Shown here in pieces: positions 26,491 through 32,000 of a stretch of DNA of 32,000 nt (the first letter of the stretch is position 1; the number at the start of each line of letters is the position of its first letter). Below the pieces are notes generated by a model, which did not search any database, was not told where the DNA came from, and worked only from the letters and a program-made list of their open reading frames with translations. Where the stretch lies: assembly GCA_934613415.1 (NCBI GenBank), contig CAKTSY010000002.1, forward strand, positions 360,001 through 392,000, written 5' to 3'. Position numbers and translations under genes: made by a program. The stretch comes from an uncultured Opitutales bacterium (GTDB lineage: Bacteria; Verrucomicrobiota; Verrucomicrobiia; Opitutales; Intestinicryptomonadaceae).

Positions 26491-27162
26491 CTAGGCTTTT
26501 TGCGCCCTGCGCTTAACTAGCTCGTTTATTGCAAACTTTGCCGCCGACCAAAACGGTATTAGCTTATAGTTTAGCTTGCCCAAAATCTTTTCGGGCTTGG
26601 TTCCGTTTAGATATAGCCTTATAGACTCGGTTATGGCGATTTTCCTTGCCACAACAAGCGAGGGGACATTCAGCTTTAAGTATCCTATTGAATTTATTGC
26701 AAGCTCCTTTTCGTCGGGATTTGTCAATGTGCTGTTTGGGCGTATTTCGCCGCTAAAGGAATATTCAAAAAGCCTTTCGCACAGAGGGTCGTAGGGGCTT
26801 GCCACCGTATGCGTTCCGCGGGCGTGCCCGCAGTGCAACGCCGATTCCGCCGTAAAGGCGGGTTTGCCGTTTTGTTTTTTAGGCTCTTTTATGCACGAGG
26901 CCGCCATATTGGAATATTCCAAAGTCTTTTCGGAAGCACCGCCAAACTGCGGCTCTATGTGTTCTATGTGCGAAGTTTGCGCAAATATGCGGCTTTCGCA
27001 GTAGCAGCACAAATAGCTTTGGCGCGCAACAAGCGAGTTTTTTAACTCGTTTTTAATGCGTGTGTTGCCGAAGTTTGAATATTTTGCAAAAGGGCGTTTT
27101 TTAAGCCATTTTTTGAACGACTGCGGCGCATCGGAATTTTTAGGTCTTTTTATGTACCTCAT
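26491..27162 (-). CDS. HNH endonuclease, PtuB-like (Septu / TIGR02646-type)
   Basis: 223 aa. The HNH/zinc motif is SYLCCYCESRIFAQTSHIEHIEPQ ... NMAASC ... LHCGHARG. Its ATG overlaps the upstream ATPase stop by 4 nt (ATGA at 27159-27162). Confidence 0.7.
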   Translation of the reverse strand: MRYIKRPKNSDAPQSFKKWLKKRPFAKYSNFGNTRIKNELKNSLVARQSYLCCYCESRIFAQTSHIEHIEPQFGGASEKTLEYSNMAASCIKEPKKQNGKPAFTAESALHCGHARGTHTVASPYDPLCERLFEYSFSGEIRPNSTLTNPDEKELAINSIGYLKLNVPSLVVARKIAITESIRLYLNGTKPEKILGKLNYKLIPFWSAAKFAINELVKRRAQKA

Positions 27163-28400
27163 TGCAATGCCCTTATAAGATATTCGCCGCGCAAAACCTC
27201 GGGGTCTTCGGGTATAATAACGTTTAGCTCGTCTACAATTCTTTGGGCGGCTTGCATATCGTTGTTGTCTATTGCAGCATACATTGCCCTTAGCTTTTTT
27301 GCAACTTCCGGCTCGCGGTGCGCGTTAAGCAGCTGCGTTAGTATGTCGGCGGGCGAGCGGCCGTAGGTGTTTTCGACCCTTTCTACCGCGTTTGTTTCGG
27401 AGTTAATTTTGTATAGATTTTTTGAAACCGACATTACCGAAGGCGAGTGCGAAGAAAATATAAACTGCGCCCTTGGGAAAATTTCGGGAAGCTTTTGGGC
27501 AATGCGCGCCTGCCAGTCGGGGTGCAAGTGCAAGTCTATTTCGTCTATCAAAATAACGCCTTCGCTTAGCAGCGGATTTTTCATTTCGGGGTTCGCCACA
27601 ATAGCGCGCATTGCAATGTCGGCAATAAGGGCAATTACCGTCTTTTCGCCGTCGGAAAGCCCCGAAGAAGGAATATTGCGGCTCTTTAAAAATGTTTGCC
27701 CGTTGCGGACTTCGAAAGTTCCGAATTCGGGCGAAAAGCCTGCAAGGGCTTTGCTTACAAACGAAAGGGGGTTGTAGAACGCGTCTATTTTAGCCCTGAG
27801 GGCATTGCCTTTTTTTAGCGGCATTTTGGCTGCCTGCGCCATTTCAAATTCGCGGCGTTGCGCCATTTGGGTAAACCATTTGTCTAGCTTAATAAAATCG
27901 GTTCTGGCGGCGAATGCGTTTTTATATACTTCGGTGCGGTTTGTAGACGAAATCGGCTGCGGCGCGCAGTAGCCCGAAGTGTCGCGCATTGCGCCGTAGT
28001 ATGCCAAAACGGGAATTTGCACAGATGCGTTGCCGTCTATCATAACGCGCATATCGCGTCCGAAATCGAACGCGCTTTGCATATTGCTGTTATGCGAATT
28101 TCGGTTCGAATTTCTTTGCTTGTAAAGGGTAAGGGTAAGCGGGCTTTGGCTTTCTATTTGCATTGAAAGCCTTGCGTAGTTTGTGCCGTACGATATTTCC
28201 TTGTCGGAAATCTTTTTGCCCTTTACCGCATAGTTGCAAAGCTTTACGGGCAGCCACGAAAGCATTATCGAAATCGCCTCCAGCACGCTCGATTTGCCGC
28301 CGCCGTTTCGCCCCGTAAGGACCGTGCAAGATTTGTCGAATTCCACAAACTCGTTGCGTAGCCCTTTAAAATTTTCTATCTTAATATTTTTAACAAACAT
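27159..28400 (-). CDS. ABC/AAA_21-like ATPase, PtuA-like (Septu)
   Basis: 413 aa. The N-terminus IKIENFKGLRNEFVEFDKSCTVLTGRNGGGKSSVLEAI carries Walker A. Other motifs: LSDGEKTVIALIADI (signature-like), GVILIDEIDLHLHPDWQ (Walker B/D-loop), FIFSSHSPSV (H-loop). The tail is helical. Confidence 0.7.
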   Translation of the reverse strand: MFVKNIKIENFKGLRNEFVEFDKSCTVLTGRNGGGKSSVLEAISIMLSWLPVKLCNYAVKGKKISDKEISYGTNYARLSMQIESQSPLTLTLYKQRNSNRNSHNSNMQSAFDFGRDMRVMIDGNASVQIPVLAYYGAMRDTSGYCAPQPISSTNRTEVYKNAFAARTDFIKLDKWFTQMAQRREFEMAQAAKMPLKKGNALRAKIDAFYNPLSFVSKALAGFSPEFGTFEVRNGQTFLKSRNIPSSGLSDGEKTVIALIADIAMRAIVANPEMKNPLLSEGVILIDEIDLHLHPDWQARIAQKLPEIFPRAQFIFSSHSPSVMSVSKNLYKINSETNAVERVENTYGRSPADILTQLLNAHREPEVAKKLRAMYAAIDNNDMQAAQRIVDELNVIIPEDPEVLRGEYLIRALQ

Positions 28401-28522
28401 ATCTTTGTATCAAAAGCCTAACAAGGCGCGCCGTTTAGTAAAGCGCAAAATGGCGGCAAACGCCTTTTGCGTAAAGGGCAATAGCCTTGACAAATTACGC
28501 TATATTTTGGTAGAAAAAGTAT

Positions 28523-30154
28523 ATGAAATGTGCGGTATATTTTGCGATTTTTCTTGCCAATTACTTTGCCTTTTGCGCCGAAACAGCTTCGTATAAATCG
28601 CTTGTAAATGCCGAATATTTTTCGCCGATAAGGTGCATTGTTTCTTCCAAGGAAGGCACAAAATTTTACCATACAAAAAACTACTACGAATTTGCCAAAA
28701 TATGCAATATGCCCGTAAAGAGCGCGGCTATAGAAGAATTTAAAAAGCTCTATAAATTTGCAGAAAGCGATGCCGCAAAAGCGTGGGCGCTTTACGGATT
28801 GACGGCTATGGGCGAAACTGTAGAGCCGCCAAAAGATTTAAAGCCCGTATATTTTTGCGGGCAGCTTGGCCCTTTAGGCAAAGTTTGGCCAAACTATTTT
28901 AAAGGCAAAAAAGATATTGAAATACCCGATGTGTACATAAAAGTAAATTTGGCCGACTTTGCCGAAGTTGCCGACAAAACAAAATATGCCTACCTTGTTT
29001 TGCAGAAAAGCGGAATGTATATTACAGGCCCCAGGGGCGAGGGTGGAATAGTTTGCGCTGAAACTTGGGCGTATAATTATTTGGCGGCAAACAAAACGCC
29101 CGAAGAAATTTGCAAAGTTGCTAAAACAGTTTGGGACAATGCCGAACATTTTGCTGGCAAGTTGTATGCACTGCTTTTGTTTAAAAAGGCAAATGCCCCC
29201 GAAAAATTTAGCGAATACTACAAGTTGCTAGACAAAACAAAAAAGTTTACCCACATATCGGGCTGTATGTTTTATTTTTCCAGCTTGGGCGAGCTTGATA
29301 AACCGGAGAAGATTTTTAATATAAGTTTGGCGTTCGACAAATATTGCGAAAAATTCCCAGTATATTTATACAATCCCTTCGACGAAAACAACAAGCGCAT
29401 ACCTCTTATAACGCCTAAATTTGAAATTGTGCAATCTGCCGTAAGGGAAGACAATTTGGGGTATTTGCCAACGCGTTTTCGCGATGGTAAAGCCGGCAAT
29501 GTTTTAAAATATCCCGCACTGGCTAAACTTGCAAAAGAGTGGGACTGTGCCGAAAGCCAAGGCCGCAAAAACACGCTGCAAAATTTGCTAAAGTTTATGG
29601 ACGCAACTGCCCCAAGCCGCGTTTTGGCGCATTACGGCTACGGGTTTGCCATAGCCGCGGTTAAAGAAAATTCGGCTTGGGTTTTTAAAAAGCCTGCAAA
29701 GATTATGTTTGGGCAGGAACCCTGCTTTGACGACTATTATATGAATGCCCCAATTCAACAACTTGCCAAAAAGATTTTTGCATATGCGCTGTACGGAGAA
29801 ATAGAGGAAAAGGGCGGCGAAAGTTTGATAGGTTTTTGTTTTGGGAGGGCTAATAGCCACGTTTTGCTATGCTTTGGCTATGGGTTAGATAGTCTTGACC
29901 GGCAAGGCAAAACGCAGATTAAAAAAATTGAAAAGCGTTTTGAAGAACTTGGCGAATATACCGAAGTTTTGTGTTTGGAAAATTCGCAGAACGAAAACAA
30001 TGTGTGGCTTTGTCCTATATTTAAAAAGTGCAACAAACAAAAGCTTGCCGAGCTAAAGGCAAAGCACCTAAAAATTTTAGGTTTGCTTAGCAAAGAACAA
30101 CGGCAAAAATACGACGAATTGCACAAGAAATACCCAGCAATTACAGATTTATAA
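28523..30154 (+). CDS. Exported Cys-rich protein of unknown function (543 aa)
   Basis: Hydrophobic N-terminus MKCAVYFAIFLANYFAFCAETA. About 20 Cys residues. A helix motif recurs: AWALYGL, KLYALLLF, VLAHYGYGF, IFAYALYGE. Each is followed by a hydrophobic C/G-containing strand: VYFCGQLG, GCMFYFSSLG, IMFGQEPCF, LIGFCFGRA. The C-terminal tail is K/E-rich (LSKEQRQKYDELHKK). I recognise no family. Confidence 0.6.
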   Translation: MKCAVYFAIFLANYFAFCAETASYKSLVNAEYFSPIRCIVSSKEGTKFYHTKNYYEFAKICNMPVKSAAIEEFKKLYKFAESDAAKAWALYGLTAMGETVEPPKDLKPVYFCGQLGPLGKVWPNYFKGKKDIEIPDVYIKVNLADFAEVADKTKYAYLVLQKSGMYITGPRGEGGIVCAETWAYNYLAANKTPEEICKVAKTVWDNAEHFAGKLYALLLFKKANAPEKFSEYYKLLDKTKKFTHISGCMFYFSSLGELDKPEKIFNISLAFDKYCEKFPVYLYNPFDENNKRIPLITPKFEIVQSAVREDNLGYLPTRFRDGKAGNVLKYPALAKLAKEWDCAESQGRKNTLQNLLKFMDATAPSRVLAHYGYGFAIAAVKENSAWVFKKPAKIMFGQEPCFDDYYMNAPIQQLAKKIFAYALYGEIEEKGGESLIGFCFGRANSHVLLCFGYGLDSLDRQGKTQIKKIEKRFEELGEYTEVLCLENSQNENNVWLCPIFKKCNKQKLAELKAKHLKILGLLSKEQRQKYDELHKKYPAITDL

Positions 30155-30165
30155 CAAAAATTTTT

Positions 30166-30564
30166 ATGGAAAATTCCGTTAAAAAAAGGTCTTTTAGAAT
30201 TGAATATTTTGTAGGCTTGCTTGCCTTGGCTTTTGCAATTTTTGGCTACTATTGCGCGCTGGCGTTCTATTGGTCGGGCTTAAAAAACAGCCCATTCGGC
30301 TACGAAACGTGCGGGCTAGAATTTATTGCATGGTTTTTGTGTATATATCCAGCCTACATTGTCTCTTTGCCATTAAAAGCTTTGCTTGTCTGGAAATTTG
30401 ATTATCCAAAAATTTGGTTTTGGATTTCGTTTTTAATGATGCTGGCTGTTTCAATTCCCATAAAATCGCTTTATCTTGGATTTGCCGCAATTTTCTTTAT
30501 TCTGCTAGAATTTGTTTTATATGTGTTTGCCGCAATTTCGGCAAACAAATCCAAAAAGTTATGA
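30166..30564 (+). CDS. Small integral membrane protein (132 aa, about 4 TM)
   Basis: Four hydrophobic segments by eye. It begins 11 nt after the upstream stop, and its stop overlaps the next ATG (ATGA at 30561-30564). Confidence 0.6.
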   Translation: MENSVKKRSFRIEYFVGLLALAFAIFGYYCALAFYWSGLKNSPFGYETCGLEFIAWFLCIYPAYIVSLPLKALLVWKFDYPKIWFWISFLMMLAVSIPIKSLYLGFAAIFFILLEFVLYVFAAISANKSKKL

Positions 30565-31121
30565 AAAAACTATTCTTTAAAGAGCTTGGCAAAAGGTTTG
30601 TTGTTTACATTGCAATTTTAGCCTGCGGCGCATTGTTTGGCGCAATTTACGGCGCGTTAAACGACCAAATTACATACACAATTTCGCCCGAATATTACAC
30701 AAAATTTAAGTTTGAGCAGTTTGGCATAAAGGGAAGCTTTGCCAACGAATATCCGCGAATTGGGGCTGCATTTGTGGGTGTATTTGCCACTTGGTGGACA
30801 GGACTTTTGTTGGCGGCAATACAGGGGCTTTTTGCATTTATGCAGCAAAGTTGCCAGCAAATGTTTAAATGCTTTTTGCGTTCGGCCGGCATTGCAATTT
30901 TTACGGTTGTTGTTTGCACTTTTTTAGCATATTGCGGTTTTATCTTTACGGGGGTTTACGTTCCCAAATATATAAACGATAAAGACGCCTTTAAAACTGT
31001 AGGCAATATGCACAATGTAGCCTACATTGCGGGCGTTGCGGGGCTGATTTTGGGCGTGTTATATAACACAACATATAGAATTTTTTGCGACACAAAAACT
31101 TTGTGTGCGCAAAAAAAATAG
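30561..31121 (+). CDS. Integral membrane protein (186 aa, about 4 TM) with a conserved-looking NDQITYTISPEYY loop
   Basis: The start is moved to the ATG at 30561 (MKKLFFKELGKRFVVYIAILACG...). The track's 30414 start would run through the previous gene in another frame. Four hydrophobic segments by eye. A terminator follows directly. Confidence 0.6.
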   Translation: MKKLFFKELGKRFVVYIAILACGALFGAIYGALNDQITYTISPEYYTKFKFEQFGIKGSFANEYPRIGAAFVGVFATWWTGLLLAAIQGLFAFMQQSCQQMFKCFLRSAGIAIFTVVVCTFLAYCGFIFTGVYVPKYINDKDAFKTVGNMHNVAYIAGVAGLILGVLYNTTYRIFCDTKTLCAQKK

Positions 31122-31139
31122 CCCCGAAATTCGGGGCTA
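31119..31139. terminator. Bidirectional hairpin terminator between convergent genes
   Basis: TAGCCCCGAA/TTCGGGGCTA form a perfect palindrome (31119-31139) flanked by A8 upstream. It sits between the stops at 31121 (+) and 31148 (-). Confidence 0.65.
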
Positions 31140-31147
31140 AACACAAA

Positions 31148-32000
31148 TTATTTTGCCGATTTTACGGCAAGGGCTATTGCCTTTCGCACTCTTTCTGCAA
31201 AATCGGCGTAGCTTTCGTCTTTTTCGGGGCGCATTTGCGGCAGATATTGCACCGAAATTTTTGCCCTAAAGTCGGGCATATTTGCTCCAGCTTTCAAGGC
31301 TTCGTACGCTCCCGAAATTGCAACGGGCACAACGGGCACACCAAGCTCTTTTGCCAAAATGGCAAAGCTTTGTTTGAATTCCGAAACTTCGCCGTCGGGT
31401 GTTCTTGTGCCTTCGGGGAAAATTACAAGAGTTTTGTTTTGCCTTAAAACCTCGGCCGCCTTTTGTATGGATTCTTTTACGCCGCTTTTAATGTCCATAA
31501 TAATAACGTTGCTGCAGTCTGCATATTTCCTGATAAGCCCGCTTTTTATTATGCCCCTTATTTTTGCAAAAAAGTAGGTGTTGTAGAGCTTTTTTGTTGA
31601 AAGTTTTTGCACCGCAAACACGCCGTCGAAATAGCATTGGTGGTTTGCCGCCAAAATGGCGGCTCCTTGCGGAATGTTGTTTTGCCCAGAAACCTTTACA
31701 GAGTATAAAAGCTTTGAAATCGTCTTAAAAATTGCCGCCGAAATGCAGTGTAAAAAGTTTGGTTTGCAGAGCATAGCCGCAGGTTTTTCGGCTATTATTT
31801 CGTTCCAACTGGGCTCTTTAATTTGCGTGTTAAAAGTTTCGCCTTTTGCAAGGCTTTCTACATATTCGGCAAGTTTGCGCAAAGTGGGGTATTTTTCAAA
31901 GTCAGCCTCTGTAATTTCAATACCAAAGCTTTCCTTTATAAAGCATTGCATTGCAATTTTGCCAAGCGAGTCTAGCCCCAAGTCCATCTCCATATTCGCG
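31148..32000 (-). CDS. Acyl-carrier (PP-binding) domain fused to a PlsC-type 1-acyl-sn-glycerol-3-phosphate acyltransferase. Partial; the 5' end lies beyond the window.
   Basis: The frame stays open to position 32000 (..ANMEMDLGLDSLGKI). DLGLDSL is a phosphopantetheine-attachment motif. Downstream are ANHQCYFDG (HX4D) and FPEGTRTPDG, the acyltransferase motifs I and III. It is probably the C-terminal part of a longer acyl-activating fusion protein. Confidence 0.8.
   Translation of the reverse strand, partial: ANMEMDLGLDSLGKIAMQCFIKESFGIEITEADFEKYPTLRKLAEYVESLAKGETFNTQIKEPSWNEIIAEKPAAMLCKPNFLHCISAAIFKTISKLLYSVKVSGQNNIPQGAAILAANHQCYFDGVFAVQKLSTKKLYNTYFFAKIRGIIKSGLIRKYADCSNVIIMDIKSGVKESIQKAAEVLRQNKTLVIFPEGTRTPDGEVSEFKQSFAILAKELGVPVVPVAISGAYEALKAGANMPDFRAKISVQYLPQMRPEKDESYADFAERVRKAIALAVKSAK

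Noticed and set aside
27367-27777. 136-aa + strand ORF inside the PtuA-like gene
   Set aside because: It is antisense to the ATPase CDS, which contains intact Walker B and H-loop motifs in this stretch.
26491-28522. Retron (RT plus msr/msd) associated with the ATPase/HNH pair
   Set aside because: There is no reverse-transcriptase ORF on either side. Only 122 nt lie upstream, with one short bulged hairpin and nothing resembling the paired msr/msd inverted repeats.
31085-31447. 120-aa + strand ORF
   Set aside because: It crosses the terminator palindrome and is antisense to the PlsC-domain CDS.
1-32000. CRISPR arrays, tRNA/rRNA genes, IS elements, integrases and long direct or inverted repeats flanking the 26.5-31.1 kb accessory segment
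   Set aside because: I saw none on visual inspection of intergenic regions and ORF translations. The only repeats found are short terminator palindromes and the 18-mer at 24526/24586. Computational repeat and tRNA scans would be needed to be certain.

Overview
Gene-dense chromosomal window with 27 supported CDS. By eye I found no rRNA, tRNA, CRISPR array, transposase or integrase. The source looks like a diderm bacterium: it has a TonB-dependent receptor and a lipobox lipoprotein. Start contexts are A-rich and mostly poor in Shine-Dalgarno sequences, and a few promoters fit TTGnnn-N17-TAAAAT. Positions 1-15.2 kb are mostly housekeeping: a partial RRM protein, a DUF374 acyltransferase-like protein, HPr, an Fe-alcohol dehydrogenase, ABC-F Uup, a TonB-dependent receptor, a birA-like regulator, a YidE/YbjL transporter, thiM-thiE, a GntR/FadR regulator, class II ilvC and a ModF-like double ATPase. 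Positions 15.2-26.4 kb hold a glycan-hydrolase neighbourhood (secreted 417-aa protein, TetR, GH92, a GxGYxYP-like protein, a beta-helix GH110-like lipoprotein), interrupted by htpG and a coupled 72-aa ORF. Positions 26.5-31.1 kb are the accessory-looking part. They carry an ATPase+HNH pair with Septu (PtuA/PtuB) architecture and no reverse transcriptase. Divergent from it is a three-gene operon of unknown function (exported Cys-rich 543-aa protein plus two 4-TM proteins). The window ends in a partial ACP-PlsC fusion gene. The best leads are three. (1) The unknown three-gene operon beside the Septu-like pair. (2) A birA-like gene whose biotin-ligase motifs look degenerate and whose C-terminal domain is missing, next to a perfect BirA-operator-like palindrome shared with a TonB-dependent receptor. 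(3) thiM-thiE apparently lacking a canonical TPP riboswitch. All family assignments come from reading the translations and from motif recall; no searches were run.
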